From: an uncultured Gemmatimonadales bacterium
GTDB lineage: Bacteria > Gemmatimonadota > Gemmatimonadetes > Gemmatimonadales > GWC2-71-9
DNA length: 64,000 bases
Reading direction: 5' to 3'
NCBI GenBank assembly: GCA_963728915.1
Contig: CAVSLV010000001.1
Location: 1,088,001-1,152,000 of the forward strand
Position numbers and translations under genes: made by a program. The notes below the pieces were generated by a model. That model searched no databases and was not told the origin of the DNA. It saw only the letters and a list, made by a program, of their open reading frames with translations. Each line of letters starts with the position of its first letter. Positions within the stretch are counted from its first letter, which is position 1. Below are positions 34,754 through 42,869 of this stretch, piece by piece.

Positions 34754-35525
34754 TCATCGCCCGGTAGAGCCGCACCAGCCCCTCGGGACTTCGGGTTTCG
34801 GGACGCACTTCCGAGGGAATTCCGGCGGCCTGCAGTACCCCCTGCACTCTTTCCGCCGAAGCACCGGTGATCTCCCGCAGGCCACGCACGATCTGTTTCC
34901 GGCGAACTCCGAAGAGCCCGACCACCAGCCGGCGAAATGCCTCGGCGTCCTGGATCGGGACTAGTGGCTGCACCAGGGGGGTAAAGCGCACGACTGCCGA
35001 ATCGACCCGGGGACGCGGGTGAAATGCTCCAGCGGGGACTCGGAACAGTTTTTCGGCCCGGGTGATCGATTGCATCCCCACACTCAGGGCGCCGTAGACC
35101 CGCGATCCCGGCATCGCCACGATCCGGTCGGCGACTTCCTCCTGCACCAGGAAAACAATCCGGGTCGGAAGCGGAGGGAGCAGCGCCCGGGCGAGCAGCG
35201 GGCTGGTCACGTTGTACGGGATGTTCCCGATCAGATACCAGTCTCCGGCCGGGACCATGCCGTGCCAATCCAGCCTGAGCGCATCGCCCCGAATCACTCG
35301 CACCAGGGGGAAGCGTTCCGTCACCATGGTGGCGAGCTCGGTGTCCTTCTCGATGCCCGTCACCAGGAAACCGCGATCCACCAGTACCCGGGTCAGTCCT
35401 CCCTGCCCTGGCCCGATCTCGAGCACCGGCGCTCCGGCGGGGGCTTCGAGCGCATCGACGATCCGCTCCAGGATCGCGCGATGGTGGAGGAAATGCTGAC
35501 CCAGGCGCTTGCGGGGTCGGACCAC
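34728..35525 (-). CDS. rsmA: 16S rRNA m6,2A dimethyltransferase KsgA
   Basis: RKRLGQHFL, LEIGPGQG, GNIPYNVTSP, F.P.PRVDSAVV. GTG start at 35525. Confidence 0.95.
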   Translation of the reverse strand: MVRPRKRLGQHFLHHRAILERIVDALEAPAGAPVLEIGPGQGGLTRVLVDRGFLVTGIEKDTELATMVTERFPLVRVIRGDALRLDWHGMVPAGDWYLIGNIPYNVTSPLLARALLPPLPTRIVFLVQEEVADRIVAMPGSRVYGALSVGMQSITRAEKLFRVPAGAFHPRPRVDSAVVRFTPLVQPLVPIQDAEAFRRLVVGLFGVRRKQIVRGLREITGASAERVQGVLQAAGIPSEVRPETRSPEGLVRLYRAMIDADLRLG

Positions 35526-36784
35526 TACAGTCGCAGCACCAGGAGGGTACGATCGTCGTGAGGCGCCGGCGCGAATCCATCGACGGCCATCATCACCCGC
35601 GACACGATCACCTCGGCGGGCTCGGCCCTGGAGCCTTCCAGGACCTCGATCAGGCGGCGCTCGCCGAATCGCTCCCCTGACGCAGCCGATGCATCGACCA
35701 GTCCGTCGGTCCACAGGCACAGCAGGTCGCCTTCCCGATCCCAGGGGATCGAGCGGGCCGAGATATCCTCCACCTCACCGAGCCCAAGGGGCGGCGCGGT
35801 GACTTCGAGCCTTTCCGCCGGTCCGGTGCGTGGCACCCGGAACGCGTAGGGATGCCCCGCGCTGGCCCAGGAGAGCAGCCCGCGCTCCGGATCCAGAATC
35901 CCATAGAACACGGTGAGATACGTTTCCGCGAAGGACAGCCGCTCGCCGAGATTCTGATGCAGGCTCCGCAGGGTCACGTCCGGCGAGGCCCCGCTCCCGG
36001 CCTGGATACCCGCAGCGGCCATCACGGCCGCCATGACCAGCGCGGCGGGAAAACCATGGGACGCGACGTCTCCCAGCATCACCGCGATCACGCCGAGACC
36101 GAGCCGGTTGAAGGTGTAGAAGTCCCCTCCCACCGCTTCGGTCGGAATGCACCGGGCCGCCACCTCGGCGTCATTGCGGAGGACCGCGGGCGAGGGCATC
36201 AAGAGACGCTGCAGATCTCGGGCAAGCTTCAGGTCCCGCTCCTGTTCCAGCATGCGGGACAGGGCGATCGCGACGGCGATCTGGTTCGCGGCCGCCGCAA
36301 CGATCTTCTGCTCCGACGCGGAAAAGCGTCCACCTTCCGATCGGGGAGTGAGGGTCAGGACCCCGAGATGCCGGGGGCCGTCGGCCCCTCTGGTGGACCT
36401 GATCGGCACCGAGAGAGACGCCTCGCCGGCCTGGGCGCCATGGCCCCCACTGGATTCCCGTCGAGCCACGACTCGCGGAGCTTCACCCGGCCCATCGGTC
36501 ATGGCGATCAGACCGCCGGAGGCCTGGACCGCTTCTGCGACGGCGGCCAGAATGCTGGCGGCGGCCTCTTCGAACCGTCCGGTGCGCCCCAGGATTTCAG
36601 TGATGGTATAGAGCAGGTCGATTTCTTCGTACCGGCTGGCGAGGTCCTCGGAGAGGAACTCCAGTTGACGCTCCTGATTCTGCAGGTGGTGGGCCAATGC
36701 TCCGAGCAGCCGACGGGCTTCGTCATCCCGTTCGGCGGTGAGGACCTGCTCGAGCCGCGCTAGCAGCGCGCCAGGGTCATCCAG
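35525..36784 (-). CDS. PP2C/SpoIIE-family phosphatase with GAF-like region (RsbU-like)
   Basis: VGGDFY, LGDVASHG, SAGHP, TDGLVDA, DDRTLLV. Start uncertain; CTG 36784 behind AGGGGA proposed. Confidence 0.85.
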   Translation of the reverse strand: MDDPGALLARLEQVLTAERDDEARRLLGALAHHLQNQERQLEFLSEDLASRYEEIDLLYTITEILGRTGRFEEAAASILAAVAEAVQASGGLIAMTDGPGEAPRVVARRESSGGHGAQAGEASLSVPIRSTRGADGPRHLGVLTLTPRSEGGRFSASEQKIVAAAANQIAVAIALSRMLEQERDLKLARDLQRLLMPSPAVLRNDAEVAARCIPTEAVGGDFYTFNRLGLGVIAVMLGDVASHGFPAALVMAAVMAAAGIQAGSGASPDVTLRSLHQNLGERLSFAETYLTVFYGILDPERGLLSWASAGHPYAFRVPRTGPAERLEVTAPPLGLGEVEDISARSIPWDREGDLLCLWTDGLVDASAASGERFGERRLIEVLEGSRAEPAEVIVSRVMMAVDGFAPAPHDDRTLLVLRL

Positions 36785-37233
36785 ATGGTATTCCCCTGTT
36801 CGTTGAACTCCACCCGGTCGGCGAGGCTGCGAATCAGAAACAGGCCCCGGCCGACCGAACGCCCAAGCCCGTCGGGAAGAGTCGGATCGGGAACCAGCGC
36901 GGGATCGAAGCCGGGTCCGTCGTCGGTGACTTCGACCCGAATCTCTTCCTGGTTGACCCGGGCCTCGACCCGGACGGTGCGATCCGGATTGCCCTCCGCC
37001 CCGAACAGAATGCTGTTGCTGATCGCTTCGGCGAGGAGCACCCGGAGCCGGAAGACGGTGCGGCCTGGAGGAGGAGGTCCTTCGGAGAAGCAATGCTCAG
37101 CCAGGAGCTGGACCGCGGGTTCGACGCACCGCACGTCGGCGGGAATCTCCAGCAGGAAACCAACCTCCCCCGCAAAGCGCGGAGGCTCTCGCCGAACTTC
37201 GAGGGGACCGACGGATCTTCGGGCGCCCTCCAT
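36760..37233 (-). CDS. Anti-sigma factor / serine kinase (RsbW/SpoIIAB-like)
   Basis: AEAISNSILFG, VTDDGPGFD, GRGLFLIRSLADRV. Confidence 0.88.
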   Translation of the reverse strand: MEGARRSVGPLEVRREPPRFAGEVGFLLEIPADVRCVEPAVQLLAEHCFSEGPPPPGRTVFRLRVLLAEAISNSILFGAEGNPDRTVRVEARVNQEEIRVEVTDDGPGFDPALVPDPTLPDGLGRSVGRGLFLIRSLADRVEFNEQGNTIWMTLARC

Positions 37234-37237
37234 CCGC

Positions 37238-37573
37238 TCAGAAGCCCGCGAGGGCTTCGGCCGGGGTTGGTGCGATCGGGAACAGGGTGTCGAGCTTGGT
37301 CAGCTCGAAGAGCGAACGGAGATCCTCATTCAGGCCGGCGATACGAAGATCGCCGCCCATTTCACGAACCTTCTTGGCCAGCGTGACCAGGGCGCCCAGC
37401 CCCGAGGAATCGATGTAGCCGGTCTCGGTGCAGTCGATCAGGAACTTGGTCTCGCCCTGATCCAGTCCTTCCTGGACCAGGGTCTTGAGTTCCTGGCGGT
37501 TGCCCACGATGAGCTGCCCGACGATCCGTACCACCGTCACACCACTCGGGTCGGTCGATTTGACGAATCCCAT
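37238..37573 (-). CDS. STAS anti-anti-sigma factor (RsbV/SpoIIAA-like)
   Basis: YIDSSGLGALV (phospho-acceptor Ser), LFELTKLD. Confidence 0.92.
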   Translation of the reverse strand: MGFVKSTDPSGVTVVRIVGQLIVGNRQELKTLVQEGLDQGETKFLIDCTETGYIDSSGLGALVTLAKKVREMGGDLRIAGLNEDLRSLFELTKLDTLFPIAPTPAEALAGF

Positions 37574-37631
37574 GACGCCTCACTGGATGACAGCGGTCAA
37601 CCCAAGATACTCGGCCTGGGAAGCACGCCCG

Positions 37632-38138
37632 CTACCGGGAACCCGCCGGCCCGAATCGATTTGCCAGCGCGCGGGCCACGCCGGGATGCACCAGGGCCTG
37701 CACGTCCCCTCCGTAGCGGGCCACCTCCCGCACCAGACTGGAGCTTATATAGGACAGGCCTTGCGCGGGGACCAGGAACACGGTTTCCAGCCCAGGGCAG
37801 AGTTGACGATTCATCAGCGCCATCTGGAACTCGTATTCGAAATCTCCCGCCGCCCGAAGTCCCCGCACCAGGAAGGTGGCGCCGACGGTTCGGGCAAAGT
37901 CCGCCACGAGTCCTTCGAACGAGGCAAAGGTCACGGCCGGATCGTCGCCGGCGGCCTGGCAGAGCATGTCGAGCCGCTCGGCCACCGTGAACAGCGGCTC
38001 TTTCGCGACGTTCACCGCGACGGCCACCACCACCCGGTCGGCCATGGCGCGGCTCCGCCGGATCAGGTCCTCGTGACCCCGGGTCGGCGGGTCGAAGGAT
38101 CCAGCATAGAGCGCGGTCCGAACCGGAGGAGCGGTCAT
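37632..38138 (-). CDS. coaD: Phosphopantetheine adenylyltransferase
   Basis: YAGSFDPPTRGH, VRGLR...DFEYEFQMA, ISSSLVRE; ATG 38138. Confidence 0.96.
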   Translation of the reverse strand: MTAPPVRTALYAGSFDPPTRGHEDLIRRSRAMADRVVVAVAVNVAKEPLFTVAERLDMLCQAAGDDPAVTFASFEGLVADFARTVGATFLVRGLRAAGDFEYEFQMALMNRQLCPGLETVFLVPAQGLSYISSSLVREVARYGGDVQALVHPGVARALANRFGPAGSR

Positions 38139-38653
38139 GGGGCGTGACAAAAGGTAAGGGCGATATCGCCGTAACGCCGGGTCTCCTCCCCCGGGAAGTT
38201 TGTTTCCGTCGGATGCTCGATGACCAGGAGGCCGGCGAAGGGAGATTTCCGGAACGCCTCGAGCAACCGGGCCGCCAGCGGGAGGGAATAGGGGGGATCG
38301 GCGAAGGCCACATCGAAGGCATCGGGAGCAAGCCGCCGGACGAATCGGAGGGCGTCCCCCCGCCGTACCGTAACCCGGTCCGGGACACCGAGCGCCTCGG
38401 CGTTGGCCCGGATCGCGGCCAGCGCCGGCGGAGAGAGCTCGACCATGGTCACGTGGGCCGCCCCCCTCGAGAGGGCCTCGAATCCCAGGGCACCCGATCC
38501 CGCGAAGAGGTCGAGCACCCGGCTCCCCGGCAGCGATGGAGCCACGATACTCATCCAGGCCTCTCGGATCCGATCGGCGGTGGGACGGACCCGGACATCG
38601 GCGGGCAGCACGAGCCGGCGTCCCCCGAGCTCGCCCGCGATGATGCGGGTCAC
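38135..38653 (-). CDS. rsmD: 16S rRNA m2G966 methyltransferase
   Basis: RIIAG...RPTADRIRE, LDLFAGSGALGFEALSRGA, FADPPY. Confidence 0.95.
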   Translation of the reverse strand: MTRIIAGELGGRRLVLPADVRVRPTADRIREAWMSIVAPSLPGSRVLDLFAGSGALGFEALSRGAAHVTMVELSPPALAAIRANAEALGVPDRVTVRRGDALRFVRRLAPDAFDVAFADPPYSLPLAARLLEAFRKSPFAGLLVIEHPTETNFPGEETRRYGDIALTFCHAP

Positions 38654-40359
38654 TCGCGGTGCGGAACGACCGAGAGAACTCGGGCCTGGAGCGAGGGCAC
38701 CCCACGATACTCGTTCTGCTCCAGGCGGAAGGCGGCGTCCACCGGATCATCATTGACCCAGGCGAGCCGGTCCGCCTGCTGAAACGCAATCGCCGAAAGC
38801 CTGCGGTCTTCGTGCTGGAAGGTCCCCCGCAGGTGATTCGCGCCGACCACCTGGCGCCGGGTGAAGCCGACTCCCCGAACGCCGAAGACCGGCGCGGGAT
38901 TGCCCATCCCGCACGGCTCGAGGTGGCGGCACAGCCGTTCCAGCTCTCCCGTGAGCTCGAGCAGAGTGACCTCCAGGTCGATGCGCTGTTCCGGTCCCAG
39001 TTCCCGGGGCTGGAGCTCGGCCGCCGTCACCTGGGCGAAGCGATCCCGAAACGCGTCGAGCTGGCTCCGTCTGATGCTCAGCCCGGCCGCCATCCGGTGG
39101 CCGCCGAAGCGCTCCAGCAAGTCGCCGCACTGCACCAGGGCCCGGTGCAGGTCGAACCGGGAGATGCTCCGCCCGCTCCCCTTCCCGATCTCGCCTTCGA
39201 ACCCGATCAGGAAGGCCGGTCGACCGTAGCGCTCGACCACCCGCGATGCGACGATCCCGACCACCCCCGGGTGCCAGTCGTCGCCGGCCAGGACGATGCC
39301 GGTTCGCCGGTCCAGGTCTCCTTCCGCCTCGATCATGCCGATCGCCTCCTCGAGAATCCGCTGATCGAGATCCTGGCGCTCCTGATTGAGCCGGCTCAGC
39401 CGTTCCGCGAGCACCTGGGCTTCCGCCTCGTCGTCGGTGAGCAAGAGCCGGAGCCCGTCGCTCGCCTCGCCGATGCGTCCAGCGGCATTGAGCCTCGGGG
39501 CCAGGACGAATCCGACCTGGCCGGCCCGCAGCTCGCTTCGTCGTAACCCGCTGCTCGTGATGAGCGCGCGGAGCCCCGGCCACCGGGTGCGCCGGAGCAA
39601 CCGGAGTCCATGTCGCACCAGGATCCGGTTCTCCCCGACCAGCGGGACCACATCGGCGATGGTGGCGAGCGCGACGAAATCCAGCAGATGGTGGGGCAAC
39701 CCGGGGGGCAGCCCGAGCACCGGGACGAGGGCCTGTACCAGTTTGAACGCGAGGCCGGCCCCGCAGAGCACCCGGAGGCCATCGGTATCGGGAGCGCAAT
39801 AGGGATTCACGATCGCCGAAGCCGGGGGCAGCTCCCCTCCGGGCAGGTGGTGATCGGTGATGATGACGCGGATCCCCGCCGCCTCGGCGGCGCGGGTGGT
39901 CTCGACCGCGGTAATCCCGCAATCGCAGGTCACGATCAGGCGGACCCCTTGCTCCATCGCGTGGGCGAGGCCGGCGGGGCCGAAATCGTAGCCGTCGCGA
40001 AGCCGGTGCGGCACGAACGGAATGACCCGGGCGCCGGCCAGGCGAAGGGCACGGGTGAGGATCGCCACCGCAGTCTGCCCATCCACGTCGTAATCGCCGT
40101 GCACCATGATCAGGTGTCCGGCACCAACCGCCTCCGCAATCAGGCGGCACGCGGTGGCGATGGCGGGCAGCGACTGGGGAGGACTCAGGGCTTCCAGGGT
40201 GGGACGGAGAAAGGCCTTGGCCCGGCCGGGATCGTCAAAGCCTCGCTGGACCAGGAGGCGTGCGAGGGCGACCGGGATGTGGAGCGCTTCCGAGAGGCGG
40301 TGCACCACCCCGAGGTCGGCGGGAGATTCCATCACCCATCTGGGCCACAGAGCCGTCAC
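38650..40359 (-). CDS. recJ: ssDNA exonuclease RecJ
   Basis: HGDYDVDG, TCDCGI, TDHH, ATIADVVPL, PRLNAAGR, GSGRS, GGH.MAAG. GTG start at 40359. Confidence 0.96.
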   Translation of the reverse strand: MTALWPRWVMESPADLGVVHRLSEALHIPVALARLLVQRGFDDPGRAKAFLRPTLEALSPPQSLPAIATACRLIAEAVGAGHLIMVHGDYDVDGQTAVAILTRALRLAGARVIPFVPHRLRDGYDFGPAGLAHAMEQGVRLIVTCDCGITAVETTRAAEAAGIRVIITDHHLPGGELPPASAIVNPYCAPDTDGLRVLCGAGLAFKLVQALVPVLGLPPGLPHHLLDFVALATIADVVPLVGENRILVRHGLRLLRRTRWPGLRALITSSGLRRSELRAGQVGFVLAPRLNAAGRIGEASDGLRLLLTDDEAEAQVLAERLSRLNQERQDLDQRILEEAIGMIEAEGDLDRRTGIVLAGDDWHPGVVGIVASRVVERYGRPAFLIGFEGEIGKGSGRSISRFDLHRALVQCGDLLERFGGHRMAAGLSIRRSQLDAFRDRFAQVTAAELQPRELGPEQRIDLEVTLLELTGELERLCRHLEPCGMGNPAPVFGVRGVGFTRRQVVGANHLRGTFQHEDRRLSAIAFQQADRLAWVNDDPVDAAFRLEQNEYRGVPSLQARVLSVVPHRE

Positions 40360-41069
40360 GCTTCTCCGTTGCGATAATACAGGATGGCACCGCACGCTTC
40401 ACAGGATTCGATCACCGTGCCGGCCCGGATCTGACTGCGCCGGTTGCGGGGCACCGCGGTATTGCAGGCCGCGCAGGCATCGCCCCGGAGGGGAACCACC
40501 ACCACCGCGGTCCGTGCGGTCCAGAGCCGATCGTAGCGCTGGCGGATTCCTCGTTCGATGGTTCCGGCCACCGCATCACGGGCCTCCCGAGCGGCGGTTC
40601 GCTCCGTTTGCACCGCCGCCGCGGCCTCCTCGAGCCGGGCCCGCTCCCCTCCCTGGTCCCCCTCCAGACTCTGGACCCGGTCCTCGGCGTCGCGCACTTC
40701 CTGCTCCTGTTGCTGGACCTGGTCCGCCATCTTCATCCACTCGCTCTCCTGCCGGGCCGCCTCCGCGCGTGCGAGGTCCATTTCCGCCATCAGCGCCTGG
40801 ACTTCCCGTGCGGTGCGCACCTGTTCGATCCGGGCGCGCCGCTGCTCCTGCCGGGCCCGCTGGGTCTCGATCGCGGCCTCGAGCTCGCCCCGGCGGCGGG
40901 TGCTGTCGGCCACCCGAGTGCGCGCCGACTCGATCTCGCCGCGGGCCTGCTCGAGGGCGGCATCGAGCGCCGCCATCTGGTCGAGCAGTGCCTTGAGCCG
41001 AAGATCGGTGTCGAGAAGCTGAAGATCCTTGGACTGGAGATCGAGGAGCCGTTCGATATCAGGGTGCAT
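40356..41069 (-). CDS. Coiled-coil protein with C-terminal C4 zinc ribbon (DUF164/CT398-like)
   Basis: LLDLQ..D, long coiled coil, CAAC...CEACGAILY. Confidence 0.88.
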   Translation of the reverse strand: MHPDIERLLDLQSKDLQLLDTDLRLKALLDQMAALDAALEQARGEIESARTRVADSTRRRGELEAAIETQRARQEQRRARIEQVRTAREVQALMAEMDLARAEAARQESEWMKMADQVQQQEQEVRDAEDRVQSLEGDQGGERARLEEAAAAVQTERTAAREARDAVAGTIERGIRQRYDRLWTARTAVVVVPLRGDACAACNTAVPRNRRSQIRAGTVIESCEACGAILYYRNGEA

Positions 41070-41075
41070 GTCGCC

Positions 41076-42869
41076 TCAGGAATTCGCTGAAGGATCGGTG
41101 GAGGACCGCCGGGCGGCCTTGCGAAGCATCAACCTTGCCCGCTCCTGCGCACTCAGCTGGCGGAGCGCGGACTGTCGTTGTTCGATGTCGGTGACCGGGG
41201 GGAGTGACTGGGTGAGCGTTCTGGCCCGCAGCGTTTCCAGGGCCGACCCGAACAACTCGTCCCGATCGAGGCCGGCGGCCTCTTCCCGCGCGGCCCGCTC
41301 CAGCAGCCGCTGAACCACCTCCTGGCCGCGGGGCGAGAGCCGTTCGGCTTCCCGGGCTATGGCGGCCTCGGCGGGAAGGGCGAGAAGCCACTCGAAGATC
41401 TCGCGATGCGCCGGCACCTGGAACAGGGAGCCGGCCAGCTCCCGGCGGCCCCGTTCCCGCCACAGGGGATCACCCAGCATCACCACGAGAAGCTGGGCCT
41501 CATGGGCCGACCCGGGGGTCGCGCGCGACACGCGCCCGGGAGCGGGAGGTCCGGGATCGCGGGTTATGGGGCTGGACGGGGCCGGCTCGCGAAGCGCGGC
41601 GAGCTCCTGGTCCAGGACCGGCCTGGACACCCCGGTCCGCTCCGCGATCCGGGCCAGGTAGAGGTCCCGCGCGATCGGATCGGCCGCCGCGCGCGCGGTG
41701 GGAAGCATCCGATCGAGCGCGTCCCGCCGGTGCTCGAGCCCCTCGAACCAGCCCTTGCGTTCCAGGAGCTGGATTTTCCGCTCGAGCGGGTCGATCGCAT
41801 CGCGGAGGATCGCCTCCAGCGCGGACGCGCCGCCGCTCTGAACCAGGCTGTCGGGGTCCTGCCCTTCGGGGAGCGTCGCCACTTTGACCCGCAGCTTGTG
41901 GCGGAGACACTCATCCGCGGTCCGGAACGTGGCGCGCAGTCCGGCGGCATCGCTGTCGTAGAGCAGAATGACCTGAGGCGCGAAGCGCTTGAGGAGTCCG
42001 GCCTGCTCCGGGGTGAGCGCCGTCCCCATGGGAGCAACCGCCTGGTCGATCCCGGCGAGCACCAGGCGAAGCACGTCGAAGTATCCCTCCACCAGCACGG
42101 CAGCGCCCTCGCGACGCATCGCCTGCTTGGCATCGTGCAGGTTGTAGAGCATCGCCCCCTTGTGGAAGATCGGCGATTCGGGAGAGTTGAGATACTTGGG
42201 CTCGCGCCCGTCGAGCGAGCGACCCCCGAATCCGACCACCCGGCCGCGGAGGTCGCGGATCGGAAACAGGAGCCGTTGCCGGAATCGCGGCGTGACGCTG
42301 CCGTCTTCTCGCTGGTGCAGCAGGCCGGCCTCGATGAGGGTGGCCTCCGCAATCCCCAGGGCACGCATCGCATCGCGGACGCCCTCGCCGCGCGGGGCAT
42401 AGCCCAGGCCATGTTCTCCGGCGATCTCCAGGGGAATTTCACGGCGCTCCAGATAGGTGCGCGCGGGAGCGGCTTCCGGGTGCTCACGGAGCTGGGTCGC
42501 AAACCACTCCTGGGCCGCCGCCACCGCGGTGAAGAGCGGTTCACGAGGATCGGGACCCTCGGCGGGGCCGGTTCGTTCCGGGATCGTGATCCCGACCCGC
42601 CGGGCGACTTCACGCACCGCCGACGGATAATCGAGGCCCTGCCGTTTCATCAGAAACGTGAAGATGTCTCCGGCCTCGTGGCACACATAACAGTAGAACA
42701 TCCCCTTCCGGGGAATGACCGCGAAGTTTCGGTGCTGCCCGCCATGAAAAGGACACGGTCCCCGCCAGTCGGTTCCCGTGCGCTTGAGCTGCACCGACTC
42801 GCCGATCAGGCCGACCAGATCGACGCTGTCGCGCACCTGCTCGATCACCTCGTCCGGAATCCGGCTCAT
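41076..42869 (-). CDS. dnaG: DNA primase
   Basis: CPFH...CYVC zinc finger, FRQRLLFPI, GFGGR, KYLNSPE, VEGYFD, YDSDAAG. Confidence 0.97.
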   Translation of the reverse strand: MSRIPDEVIEQVRDSVDLVGLIGESVQLKRTGTDWRGPCPFHGGQHRNFAVIPRKGMFYCYVCHEAGDIFTFLMKRQGLDYPSAVREVARRVGITIPERTGPAEGPDPREPLFTAVAAAQEWFATQLREHPEAAPARTYLERREIPLEIAGEHGLGYAPRGEGVRDAMRALGIAEATLIEAGLLHQREDGSVTPRFRQRLLFPIRDLRGRVVGFGGRSLDGREPKYLNSPESPIFHKGAMLYNLHDAKQAMRREGAAVLVEGYFDVLRLVLAGIDQAVAPMGTALTPEQAGLLKRFAPQVILLYDSDAAGLRATFRTADECLRHKLRVKVATLPEGQDPDSLVQSGGASALEAILRDAIDPLERKIQLLERKGWFEGLEHRRDALDRMLPTARAAADPIARDLYLARIAERTGVSRPVLDQELAALREPAPSSPITRDPGPPAPGRVSRATPGSAHEAQLLVVMLGDPLWRERGRRELAGSLFQVPAHREIFEWLLALPAEAAIAREAERLSPRGQEVVQRLLERAAREEAAGLDRDELFGSALETLRARTLTQSLPPVTDIEQRQSALRQLSAQERARLMLRKAARRSSTDPSANS

